Source: Octopus bimaculoides
Lineage: Eukaryota
Reading direction: 5' to 3'
Assembly (NCBI RefSeq): GCF_001194135.2
Contig: NC_068988.1
Span: 77,394,129 to 77,435,764, forward strand
Length of the DNA: 41,636 nucleotides
Within the stretch, counting starts at the first letter, position 1. Each line of letters begins with the position of its first letter. The translations under genes and the position numbers were made by a program. Under the pieces are notes generated by a model that was not told where the DNA came from, ran no database searches, and was given only the letters and a program-made list of their open reading frames with translations. Shown piece after piece: positions 1-10,954 of this stretch.

Positions 1-310
1 TATATACCGCCTGACTGGCCTTTGTAGGGTTTTCGAGCGAGATCGTTGCCAGTGCCCCTGGACTGGCTCTTGTGCGGGTGGCACATAAAAGACACCATTT
101 CGAGCGTGGCCGTTTTCGTGCGGGTGACACGTAAAAGCACCCACTACACTCTCTGAGTGGTTGGCGTTAGGAAGGGCATTCAGCTGTAGAAACTCTGCCA
201 AATTAGATTGGAGCCTGGTGTTGCCATCCTGTTTCACCAGTCCTCAGTCAAATCGTCCAACCCATGCTAGCATGGAAGGCGGACGTTAAACGATGATGTT
301 GACGATGATG
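1..310 (+). mobile_element. RTE-clade LINE 3' UTR with (GAT)n tail
   Basis: Nearly identical to 19280-19546, which directly follows an RTE ORF end. Ends ...GCGGACGTTAAACGATGATG. Confidence 0.8.
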
Positions 311-344
<34 letters not shown>

Positions 345-460
345 ATATAAACACACACATATATACATATATACACACACACATATATACATACATAGAC
401 ACACACACATATCTATATATATAAACATACATGTATATACCCACCCCACATATATATGTG
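310..460. repeat. Compound (TA)n/(CA)n microsatellite
   Basis: Direct reading. Confidence 0.9.
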
Positions 461-475
461 TGATCGTATAAAATG

Positions 476-620
476 AGAAACTTATTCTTTGTAAGTCTAG
501 TACTTATTCTGTTGGTCTCTTATTCCAAACTGTTAAGTTATGGGGACGTATACACACCAACATCGGTTGTCAAGCAATGTGTGTGTGTGTGTGGGGGGGG
601 GAACAAACACAGACACACAA
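476..620 (-). mobile_element. SINE family A, 3' half
   Basis: Reverse complement of the ...GACAACCGATGCTGGTGTGTTTACGTCCCC...CTTACAAAGAATAAGT segment seen at 10030-10130. Confidence 0.8.
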
Positions 621-659
621 ATGCATACATATATATATGCGTGTGTGTGTGTGTGTGTA

Positions 660-1050
660 TGGAGTGGCTGTGTGGTAAGAAGCTTGCTTCTCAACTACAT
701 GGTTCTGGGTTCAGTCCCAATGTGTAGCATCTTGGGCAAATTTCTTCTACTATAGCCTCGGGACGACCAAAGCCTGTGAGTGGATTTGGTAGATGGAAAC
801 TGAAAGAAGCCCATTATATATATGTGTGTGTGTATATTTGTGTGTGTGTCTGAGATTGTCTCCCTACCGTTGTTTAACAACCGATGTTGGTATGTTTATG
901 TCCCTATAACTTAGCAGTTTGGCAAGAGAGACTGATAGACTAATTATTACGCTTACAAAGAATAAGTCCCGGGATCGATTTGTTTGACTAAAGGTGGTGC
1001 CCCAGCATGGCCACAGTCAAATGACTGAAACAAGTAAAAGAATAAAAATA
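660..1050 (+). mobile_element. Full-length tRNA-derived SINE family A (probably octopus OR2/CORE-type)
   Basis: Pol III A-box (TGGCTGTGTGG) and B-box (GTTCAGTCC), internal (TA)/(TG) tract, tail GACTGAAACAAGTAAAAGAATAAAA. Many copies in the window. The family name is from recall. Confidence 0.85.
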
Positions 1051-1136
1051 TTTATATATATATATATATATAATAATAAATGTGAAAACGAATGTGTCGC
1101 CCTTTTTCAACTTTACTCCTCTTACTCCGTCTCTCA

Positions 1137-1262
1137 CTATTCAGTGACATTTCTACTATTCCTCATGCTTTACCCTCTTTAACTATTCAGTGACACTTCT
1201 ACTATTCCTCATGCTTTACCCTTCTTTCACTATTCAATGACTCTTCTACTATTCTTCATTCT
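1137..1262. repeat. 46-47 bp tandem repeat, about 2.7 copies
   Basis: CTATTCAGTGACA(T/C)TTCTACTATTCCTCATGCTTTACCC recurs at 1137, 1183 and 1230. Confidence 0.85.
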
Positions 1263-1674
1263 TAGAGTAGCTCATTCTGTTAAACATGTGCTATATAACT
1301 TTGAGAACTGAATTCGCTTGGACATTTATTAAAGTCTATACAGTTTCTGAAATTTCTTCCTAAAGGTTAGTGCCATTCTACTTTCTAAAAAAAGTTTTTT
1401 TCTTAATCCTAACATTTTGAAAAGAAATCTGTCTCTAAATATTATAACTGTATCAAGTAATTTAACCATAATACGTGCTTCATAACATTCAGAACTGAAA
1501 TACATAATGAACTCACTCTCTCATACAATTTTCCCTCTCATTACTCTCTACCATAACAATGTTGGATACTTAGTATTTTCTCAGATATTAGTAGAACTTG
1601 TCAGAGCTATTTTCATGCCGTTGGCTGTTGGAACTATGGAAACTTAGCACACTCCAACTGCATGAAAATCGATT

Positions 1675-2008
1675 ATGCTATTGAGAAATCTGGATCCTCC
1701 AAAGCTTTGTAATGAAATGAGGTTAATTGTCAAGAAGATGCTTCCTCATCTCTTGGAAGCAGAAATCCTTACTGGTCCAGGAAAGTAGGAAAGAATTTTA
1801 ATTCCAAGAATCTCCTTAAAACTTCAGTTTCCAATGTGAGTGAACTATGCAGTGTCAGTCAAGGACAATCATTAAAAGTAACTGGGCTTCATCTGATGGA
1901 ACCCTGCTTTTCTCACAGCCAGCTCTATGCTGGTTGTTGAAACACGCTGTTTGTATTGACCCTGAATGGGAAGACCAAAATGTTGTTTATCATGAAGCTT
2001 TGCAATAA
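1675..2008 (+). pseudogene. Helitron Pif1-like helicase C-terminal fragment (stops and frameshifts)
   Basis: Manual translation: MLLRNLDPPKLCNEMRLIVKKMLPHLLEAEILTGPGK*ERILIPRISL...SQGQSLKVTGLHLMEPCFSHSQLYAGC...NVVYHEALQ*. Confidence 0.9.
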
Positions 2009-2194
2009 GTTCCAAGTTGACAAATTATATCATTGTTTTGATGAAAATTGTTCATTGCTTGAAAAATATTGCTCAAGTTTAATAAAATTTAATATGTACT
2101 CAATGCATGAATTGTCATTGTTGGGCCCAACGCCTAATAAAGAACTCTCTTCAGGAGGTAGCTTAAAAACCGACCTAGGGTGGCTTTTAACCTA

Positions 2195-2253
<59 letters not shown>

Positions 2254-2309
2254 CGACAGGCTTCTATCAGTTTACATCTACCAAATATGTGTCTGTGTCT
2301 GTGTGTGTG

Positions 2310-2456
2310 GCCCTCGTGCCGGTGGCACGTAAAAAGCACCCACTACACTCTCAGAGGGGTTGGTGTTAGGAAGGGCATCCAGCTGTAGAAACTCTGCCAA
2401 ATCAGATTGGAGTCTGGTGTAGCCATCCGCTTCGCCATGATGATGATGATGATGAT
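2310..2456 (+). mobile_element. RTE 3' UTR fragment with (GAT)n tail
   Basis: GTGCCGGTGGCACGTAAAAAGCACCCACTACACTC... followed by (TGA)n. Confidence 0.8.
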
Positions 2457-2469
2457 ATATAAATATATA

Positions 2470-3208
2470 TCATCATCATCATCGTTTAACGTCCGCTTTC
2501 CATGCTAGCATGGGTTAGACGATTTGACTGAGGACTGATCTGGCAGAGTTTCTACAATTAGATGCCCTTCCTAACGCCGACCACTCCGAGAGTGTAATGG
2601 GTGCTTTTACGTGCCACCGGCACGAGGGCCAGTCACACGGTACTGGCAACGGCCTTGCTCAAAAAGGTGTTTTTTAAGTGCCACCTGCACGGAAGCCAGT
2701 CCAGCNNNNNNNNNNTGGCATGGGTACCAGTCATCATATTAGGTTCGATTTCGATTTCAGATTTCAAATTTCAAATTCCAAATTCACTTGCCTCAACAGG
2801 TCTTTGCAAGCAGAGTTTTTAGTGTCCAATGAAGCAAAGATATGAATAATTGAGCTGGCTACATTTCTGGCAGAGGTCACAGATTATGCTCTCACTTGCC
2901 TCGCCGGGTCTTCTCACATACTGCATATTTCCAAAGGTCCCGGTCACTGGTCATTGCCTTGGTGAGGCCTAAAGTTCAAAGGTTGTGCTTCACCACCTCA
3001 TCCCAGGTCTTCCTGGGTCTACCTCTTCCACAGGTTCCCTCAACTGCTAGGCTGTGGCACTTTTTCACACCGCTATCCTCATCCATTCTTGCCACATGTC
3101 CATACCAGCGCAATCATCTCTCTTGCACACCAAAACTGATGTTCTTAGGTCTAACTTTTCTCTCAAGGTACTTACACTCTGTCGAGTATGCACACTGACA
3201 TTACACAG
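2470..3208 (-). mobile_element. 5'-truncated RTE LINE (ORF C-terminus plus 3' UTR)
   Basis: The minus strand reads, with frameshift, ...RQSVSTLREKLDL / QERRLRWYGHVARMDEDSGVKKCHSLAVEGTCGRGRPRKTWDEVV.... (CAT)n tail at 2470. Confidence 0.85.
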
Positions 3209-3215
3209 TGACGGC

Positions 3216-3266
<51 letters not shown>

Positions 3267-3269
<3 letters not shown>

Positions 3270-3662
3270 CCTTTTATTCTTTTACTTGTTTCAGTCATTT
3301 GACTGTGGCCATGCTGGAGCACCGCCTTTAGTCAAACTAATTGATCCCAGGACTTATTCTTTGTAAGCCTAGTACTTATTCTATCAACCACTTTGGCCAA
3401 GCTACTAGTTATGGAGACATAAATACACCAACATTGGTTGTCAAGTGATGGTGAGGGAATAAACACAGAAACACAAGCACACACACACACACACACATAT
3501 ATGACGGGCTTCTTTCAGTTTCCGTCTACCAAATCCACTCACAAGATTTTGGTTGGCCTGAGGCTATAGTAGAAGACACTTGCTCAAAAGTGCCATGCAG
3601 TGGGAGTGAATCCAGAGCCATGTGGTTGGGAAGCAAGCCTCTTACCACACAACCACTCCTGG
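3267..3662 (-). mobile_element. Full-length SINE family A
   Basis: Reverse complement of the 660-1050 organisation. Confidence 0.85.
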
Positions 3663-3766
3663 ACGCACGCACACACACACACACATACACACACACTTTG
3701 TTTTTGTATCTGGCTTGCAAGATTCCTTTTGTGAATTCTCATTTGTTGAAATAAATTTTGTCTGAG

Positions 3767-4026
3767 GAGTATCACAGTGCCTTAATATAACACACTCACA
3801 AGTTCAATTTCCACTCATTTATCTATTTATTTATTCCAGGAAACTTTTACATCACTGCATTTGTGCTGTATCAATGGATTTTGACTCTAACAGTCAGGGG
3901 CAGTCAGACACAAAATCCATTGTTACGGTCACAAATGCAGTGATGTAAAAACTTTCTGGAATAAATAAATAAATAAATGGGTGGAAATTGAACTGGTTAG
4001 TGTGTTACATTAAGGTGCTGTGACTC
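3767..4026. mobile_element. Fold-back/MITE-like palindrome, arms about 120 bp
   Basis: AGTTCAATTTCCACTCATTTAT...CATCACTGCATTTGTG is mirrored by CACAAATGCAGTGATG...GGTGGAAATTGAACT. Confidence 0.75.
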
Positions 4027-4084
4027 TCCCCTGACACAACAATATATATATATGTATATATCTAACCACCCTTCAATCATTGGG

Positions 4085-4502
4085 CAAATATGTTGTGCTT
4101 GTGAAGACCTGTTGAATCAAGTGAAATCATAGTCATGGCTGATGCCAGTACCGTTTGACTGGCACCTATGCTGGTGGCACATAAAAAGCACCATTCAAGC
4201 ATTGGGCTGCATGACAGGTGACTGAGGCCCTTGGTGATATACCATGCTTGTGTTGACCTGTCAAGCCAAGTGAGACTGTAGTCATGGCTGATGCCAGTGT
4301 CGGGTCAATGGCATCCATGCTGGTGGCATGTAAAAAGCACCCACTATACTCTTGGAGTAATTGGTATTAGGAAGGGCTTCTAGCTGTAGAAACCTTGCCA
4401 AATGTAATTGGAACCTGGTGCAGCCCCCAAGCTTACCAGTTTTCAGTCAAACTGTCCAACCATGCCAACATGGAAAATAGATGTTAAACGATGATGATGA
4501 TG
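4085..4502 (+). mobile_element. Diverged RTE 3' end with internal duplication of about 150 bp
   Basis: Two copies of GTCATGGCTGATGCCAGT...GCTGGTGGCA...AAAAAGCACC, then the UTR and (GAT)n. Confidence 0.7.
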
Positions 4503-4985
4503 ATACACAGAGTAGTAGTAGTAGTAGTAGGATAAGGTGTAGAGGTAAGTTAAATAACAAATGGATCTTAGTTAGTATTTCTGACTATGAGTGATAAGTT
4601 TGATCAACTAGATTAACACTTCTTTAATTAGCATGTAAGTGACTGAGTATTCTACAGTATGCTGGAACCAGCATGATGCAGTGTAATAAGGCTCTACCTG
4701 TCTAAATTACAAATACAGTCCACCCAGCAGGCTTCCACACAGTTTTTGTTGACCTAATTTCACCAGGTATGGAATGACCCAAAGCTATAGAGAATGACAA
4801 AAATGCCATACAGTACAATTGGAACCACAACCTCACAGTTCCAAAACAAACTTCTTAACATTTCAACTATACTGTAACATCTACACAGAAGTAAATTATT
4901 AATAGCAAAATGTGCATGGAAAGAAGGTGGAGTTACATATTCTATGGTGGTTAAGACAACCCTTTGATGTTACACTATTATATAT

Positions 4986-5193
4986 TGATCTCAAATTTTG
5001 GCACAAGGCCAGTAATTTCAGAGAAGGGGATAAGTCAATTACATTGACCCCTGTGTTCAACTGGTACTTATTCTATTGTCTCTGAAAAGATAAATTGACC
5101 TCAGAGGAATTTGAACTCAGAATGTAAAGACAAACAAAATGCCACTAAGCATTTTCCCCAGTGTGCTAACAATTCTGCCAGCTCACTGCCTTA
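4986..5193 (-). mobile_element. tRNA-derived SINE family B
   Basis: Minus strand AAGGCAGTGAGCTGGCAGAATTGTTAG (A-box) ... GAGTTCAAATTCC (B-box). Related copies at 34031-34410. Confidence 0.7.
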
Positions 5194-5351
5194 CAGTTTT
5201 ATAATATTAAAAATGAGCTGAACAAAAATGTCACAAAGTAATTTCGAACTATAATTATCAAGAGATGTCTATTTATAGATAATGAGAAGAAGAGGTAACT
5301 CATATTTATATACTCATCAATATATACTAACTAGAGTGATGTTCAATAGAT

Positions 5352-6759
5352 TTTCAGAGTAGCTCATCCTAATAGGTTGGATTTTCTCCATTTTTGCTGG
5401 GATTTTTCAATTTTTTTTTTTTGACTATGCACTTCAAAATGAAGGTGGGGAGGAAAATTTTTTAAATCCACAACGTTTTAAACATCATTCCTCTCTCCCC
5501 TTTGTACCTTCACAACAGTTATCACAATTAAAAATGGTTTTTTTGCCCCCTCTTATTATCATATTCCATATCATAAGAGAAAAAATTTTGAATCTATGTA
5601 TTTTAAACATACCCACAAAAAAAAAAATAATAATAATAAATAAATAAATAAAGGACAGCAATCACTAATATAATTTTTTTATTTATTTATTCATTTCTTT
5701 TTTTTTTTTTTTGCACTGTTTTAGCCATTTTATTGTGTTCCACATTCTGAAATACTTGGATTTCACATTTAAAACAAATCAAAAATTCCTAACCCACCCC
5801 ACTTTCCAATGTACATTTCTTGATTATATTTTTGTTTTTGCTTTATTTTCATTATTTTTTAAATACTTTTTTCCATACTGTAAATACTTTTTTCTATATG
5901 TCAAAAACAAAATTAAGACGCAAACAAGACTATACTAATACTTAAATTATTTACATGACAATTCCCATCAAATTTGATATTACATACTATTTTTCAGCTC
6001 CCACATGATACAAAAATAAACAAAAGTAAATGTAAGGTTTTTACTTAGGACAAGGTATTNNNNNNNNNNNNNNNNNNNNNNNNNNNNNNNNNNNNNNNNN
6101 NNNNNNNNNNNNNNNNNNNNNNNNNNNNNNNNNNNNNNNNNNNNNNNNNNNNNNNNNNNNNNNNNNNNNNNNNNNNNNNNNNNNNNNNNNNNNNNNNNNN
6201 NNNNNNNNNNNNNNNNNNNNNNNNNNNNNNNNNNNNNNNNNNNNNNNNNNNNNNNNNNNNNNNNNNNNNNNNNNNNNNNNNNNNNNNNNNNNNNNNNNNN
6301 NNNNNNNNNNNNNNNNNNNNNNNNNNNNNNNNNNNNNNNNNNNNNNNNNNNNNNNNNNNNNNNNNNNNNNNNNNNNNNNNNNNNNNNNNNNNNNNNNNNN
6401 NNNNNNNNNATGTTTAAAATAAATAAATTAAAATTTGTTTTGTTTCTTTTCCTCAAAAAATTTGAATTACATGTGTTTCAGAATATGGAATATTATAAGA
6501 AAAGGGGGAAAAAATCTTTTTTTAATGGTGATGGTTGTTATGAAAGTTCGAGCGGGGAGAGATGGTGTACATTTTAAAAAATTACGGTTTTAAAGTAAGT
6601 TTTTTATAAAAAAAAATTTTCCTCCATCATTTTGAAGTGCATGATGCAAAAATAAAACTGAAAAAAAAAAACAAAAAAACAAAAAAAAACAAAAAAACAA
6701 AAAAAAAAACACTATAAAAACATAGAAAACCCAGCTTATGTTGATGAGCTATTCTGAAA
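5352..6759. mobile_element. Diverged long-inverted-repeat (fold-back) element spanning a gap
   Basis: 5352-~5600 aligns by eye to the reverse complement of ~6410-6759 (TTCAGA-TAGCTCATC, ATGCACTTCAAAATGA, ATATTCCATAT). Confidence 0.6.
6060..6409. other. Assembly gap (others: 2706-2715, 11072-12012, 12733-13587, 14496-14654, 15961-16867, 19222-19231, 33842-33940, 34953-34962)
   Basis: N runs. Confidence 1.
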
Positions 6760-7807
6760 CTCAGCCAAAAATTTATCTTTCACAAAATTTTCCAGAACAC
6801 TGTTTTAAGATTAGTAAAGGTATAGGTGTGAATTATCACAAGATTACTGGCAGAATTAATGAAAATTTAGGATATAGTTACAGTTAAAACTGGTATAAAT
6901 AATGAATAATTGAATAATGAATTAAACTGGTTGCAATACAGACTGACCTTTTAAAATTAATGGAACTATAAAGACAATGACTCATTCTAGCTAAAATTTG
7001 GAAACCAAAATAAGAAGATTAAGTCAGGAAATTAAATTTACAGTTAATAGGGTTGATTAAATTAGTAATAGTATTAAGTTATGGTTTTGACAGCAAAGTT
7101 GTATAGGTGCAATTTACAGTGGATAATCATGAATAATGTATATTTACTCAAAGTTATTAATGTCAATAGAATACAGGAATATTCCAAGAGAGAATGTTTC
7201 TGTTTATATAATCTATAGTAATAAGTTTATAGTGTCAAGGAAGGATTTGTTTGCTTGTTCAATTTGAGGAATATAAATTTACTAAAGGTTAATAATGTCT
7301 GTAGATTATAAGGATATTGAAGTAGGTGCATTTCTATTTATATAACAACTTACACTTTTGGGGAGGACTTTGTGTTTTTGAATTTGAGGAATATAAATTT
7401 ACTAGATGTAATTAATATCAATGTGTTATAGAGATATAAGTAGCCATATTTACATTGCTATAAATAATAGTAATACGTTACAGTTTTAAGGGATGATTCG
7501 TGTTGGTTCACAAAATATAATTCATATTTTTAGAGGTGATTAAAGTGACCAAGATAAACCAAACATATGGTGAAACGTTCAAATGAATTTCAAGTTATAA
7601 AAAAGCAATATATCTTCTAAAATATTTAATCAAATGAATTAAAATATAAAGAAATTAAGTAAAATAATGAAGTAAATCAGAAAAATTGTCATGAACAGTA
7701 TAAAACCATACATGGTAATTTAAGTCATACAAAGAGTGCTAAAATATAGGTACCAATAGTAAAAATTAGTAATGTTTTACATCATTTAGGTATAAAGTGC
7801 AACAGTA

Positions 7808-7809
<2 letters not shown>

Positions 7810-7880
<71 letters not shown>

Positions 7881-7882
7881 TG
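7810..7882. repeat. (GT)n microsatellite
   Basis: Direct reading. Confidence 0.95.
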
Positions 7883-8444
7883 TAGCAGGATTTACAGAGT
7901 CCAAGCCCCAACTCACTGTCTAGGAAGTGAATCAGAATTATTTGTTCAGACTTAAAAAATAACTGTAAATACCCAAACAGGATTTTGTCAGGGATTGATA
8001 ATGTCAGCAAGCAGCTAGGCATTGAAGTCCTTAGTTGATACATTAAAGATTTGTTTTTATCAGTTGTTAGTCAAAATACAATAGGCATAGCAGATACTTA
8101 ACTTGATAAAATTCCATATTAGAATGTCTTTAATGATTTTGTCTTTAGTGCCCTTTCTTTGACATGGGTCTATATATGAGCAGATACATGTGTGTGTGTG
8201 TGTGTGTATTATTTCTTGGGTAACTGACCAGTCGTCATAAAACAGCTAAAGTCAAGATGCTGCTGGAACCTACTGCTCTGAATTTCAGCTATGAAAGCAA
8301 CAAGTACTACAATCCACTATCAATACTTTCACACATCTCTCATGGACAGTCAGGAACTGACTCACTCAGTTACGAAATTTGGTAACTTTAACAATCCATT
8401 CTAATTACTGACACACTCATATTGAGTAGACATTATCTTCTGTT

Positions 8445-9306
8445 ACCTAGGGGACCAAGTTAGCAGTGGAGGAGGAAGTTCTGGAAATGTAGTTGCTAGA
8501 ACAGGAACAGGCTGGGCAAGGTTCAGAGGGCTTCTACTTTTGTTGGTAACTAAGGACCTCTCCCTCAGAGTGAATGGCAGTTTGTATGATCAGATTGTAT
8601 GATACCTGTGTATGTACAGCTGTGCTACATGGCATTGAAATATGGGCTTTGACTACAGAGGACTTGCAAAGGCTTGAAAGAAATGTAGCTAGCATACTCT
8701 GCTGGATGGGTAATGTGAATGTGCACACATGGCAGTATATAAATGATTTAAGAGGAAAACTAGGTATAAGAGGAATCATATGTTGTATGCAAGAAAGAAG
8801 ACTGCACTGGTTTGGTCACATGATGCATATGGATCAGGATAGCTGCATTAAGAAGTACTGAACTCTAATTGTGGAGGGAGCTTGTGGAAGGGGTAAACTC
8901 AGGAAGATGTGGGCTGAAGAGGTGAAGCATGATCTTTGAACACAGGGCCTCATTGAGGAAATGACAAAGGACCGGGAGTTGTAGCAATTTATTGTACTTG
9001 AGAAGATGCGTCAAGTTAAATAAAGTCACTGTCTTCCATCAATACATAAAGGCTTGTCCTTCACAGGTGCTACTGGCACATAAAATGCATGTATGCCAGT
9101 GCTGTATAATCACATCCATGCTGATGGCACATGAAAAGCACCCAGCACATTCTGTAAAGTGGTTGGCATTAGGAAGGGCATCCAGGCATAGAAACCATGC
9201 CACAACAGACAATTGGAGTCTGGACAGCTCCTCGGTTGGCCAGCACCAGTCAAACCATATAACCCATGCCAGCATGGAAAGTGGATATAAAATGATGAAA
9301 ATGATG
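8445..9306 (+). mobile_element. 5'-truncated RTE LINE, decayed post-RT ORF plus 3' UTR
   Basis: YLGDQVSSGGG...RLYDTCVCTAVLHGIEIWALTTEDLQRLERN...QERRLHWFGHMMHMDQDSCIKK, then UTR and a degenerate GAT tail. Confidence 0.9.
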
Positions 9307-9404
9307 TTATATATTTATATTTCTTTATTGCCCACAGGGGGGTTAAACATAGGAGGGACAAACGAAGACAAACAAGGGGATTAAGTCGATTGCATTGACC
9401 CCAA

Positions 9405-9566
9405 GCGTGGCTGTATGGTAAGAAGCTTGCTTCCTAACCACATGGTTCCAGGTTCAGTCCCACTGCATGGCACCTTTGGCAGGTGTCTTCTACTATAGCC
9501 TCAGACTGACCAAAACCTTGTGAGTTGATTTGGTAGACAGAAATTGAAAATAAGCCTGTCGTATAC

Positions 9567-9613
<47 letters not shown>

Positions 9614-9784
9614 TCCCCCCACTCGCTTGATAACTGATGTTGGTGTGTTTATGTCCCGGTAACTTAGTGGTTTGGCAAAAAGAGACTGATAGAAAAAGTC
9701 TTGGGATCAAATTATTCGACTAAAGGTGGTGCTCCAGCATGGCTGCAGTCAAATGACTGAAAAAAGTGAAAGAATAAAAGAATA
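9405..9784 (+). mobile_element. SINE family A, full length
   Basis: A/B boxes, internal (GT)n, conserved tail. Confidence 0.85.
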
Positions 9785-9800
9785 TATGTATATATATGCG

Positions 9801-10214
9801 CAGGGGTGGCTGTGTGGTAAGTGGCTTGCTAACCAACCACATGGTTCCAGGTTCATTCCCACTGCGAGGCACCTTGGGAAAGTGTCTTCTACTATAGCCT
9901 CGGGCCGACTAAAGCCTTGTGAGTGGATTTGGTAGACGGAAACTGAAAGAAGCCCGTCGTATATATGTATATATATATATATATATGTATGTGTATGTAT
10001 ATGTTTGTGTGTCTGTGGTTGTCCCCCCAACATCGCTTGACAACCGATGCTGGTGTGTTTACGTCCCCGTAACTTAGCAGTTCAGCAAAAGAGACCGATA
10101 GAATAAGTACTAGGTTTCCAAAGAATAAGTCCTCGGGTTGATTCATTCAACTAAAAGGCGGTGCTCCAGCATGGCCACAGTCAACTGACTGAAACAAGTA
10201 AAAGAATAAAAAAG
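9801..10214 (+). mobile_element. SINE family A, full length (little diverged)
   Basis: Same organisation as 9405-9784. Confidence 0.9.
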
Positions 10215-10234
10215 TATATATATATGTATATATA

Positions 10235-10442
10235 TGTGTGTGTGCGTGTGTGTCCCCCAACATCGCTTGACATCGATGCTGGTGTGTTTACGTCCCCATA
10301 ACTTAGTGGTTTGGCATAAGAGACTGATAGAATAAGTACTAGGCTTACAAAGAATAAGTCCTGGTGTCGATTTGCTTGGCTAAAGGAGGTGCTCCAGCAT
10401 GGCCACAGTCAAAATGACTGAAACGAATAAAAGAATAAAATA
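10235..10442 (+). mobile_element. SINE family A, 3' half
   Basis: Matches 10005-10214. Confidence 0.85.
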
Positions 10443-10469
10443 ATATGTATATGTATACACACACACACA

Positions 10470-10790
10470 TATATACATACATAAAACTGAGAATGTTTGT
10501 CTGACTATCTGTATGTATGCATCACTAAAACTCGAGAACTACCCAATGGATCTCATTCAAATTTTACACATGCCTTACTTAGGGTCCATGCAGTGTCATT
10601 GACCCAAAAAGTTTCAACTTCTTGCCTAATGCGAACCTGGAGCAACCTCTTATCTCTGACACTGTCTCTGTATTACGTGTCAAAAGTGAAACAATAACAT
10701 CTCTAGTACTACTTTCGGTTATATGGTATCAATTTCAGTTACTTTCATTATGTATCTACATATATTAGTTTCATTTCTATTACTTTCAAT
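10470..10790 (+). mobile_element. Probable non-autonomous Helitron 5' portion
   Basis: Start ATACATAAAACTGAGAATGTTTGTCTG resembles typical Helitron 5' ends. No 3' CTAG/hairpin is visible before the gap. Confidence 0.4.
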
Positions 10791-10841
10791 ATGTATTTAT
10801 ACATGTTTGTATATGTATATCTTTGTATACGTATATCTATA

Positions 10842-10954
10842 CAGAGTGTCCACAAAGTCTGGGTACATACTTTAAGAAATTATTATTTCTTGTATTTAAC
10901 TGTTTATGTTATAATTTTATTTACTCCATGTACCCAGAATTTGTGGACACCCTG
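10842..10954. mobile_element. 113-bp Tc1/mariner-type MITE
   Basis: TA|CAGAGTGTCCACAAAGTCTGGGTACA ... TGTACCCAGAATTTGTGGACACCCTG|TA. A second copy starts at 10983 and runs into the gap. Confidence 0.85.

Larger units (their letters stand above)
1062..2195 (+). mobile_element. Internally deleted Helitron
   Basis: Pif1-type helicase C-terminus at 1675-2008. 3' hairpin CCGACC-TAG-GGTGG is followed by CTAG (2192-2195) then T. The 5' boundary is uncertain. Confidence 0.75.

Noticed and set aside
228-256. Minus-strand CTGAGGA..GAAA in the RTE 3' UTR as a hammerhead
   Set aside because: There is no stem II, it is antisense to the LINE, and it is not conserved between copies.
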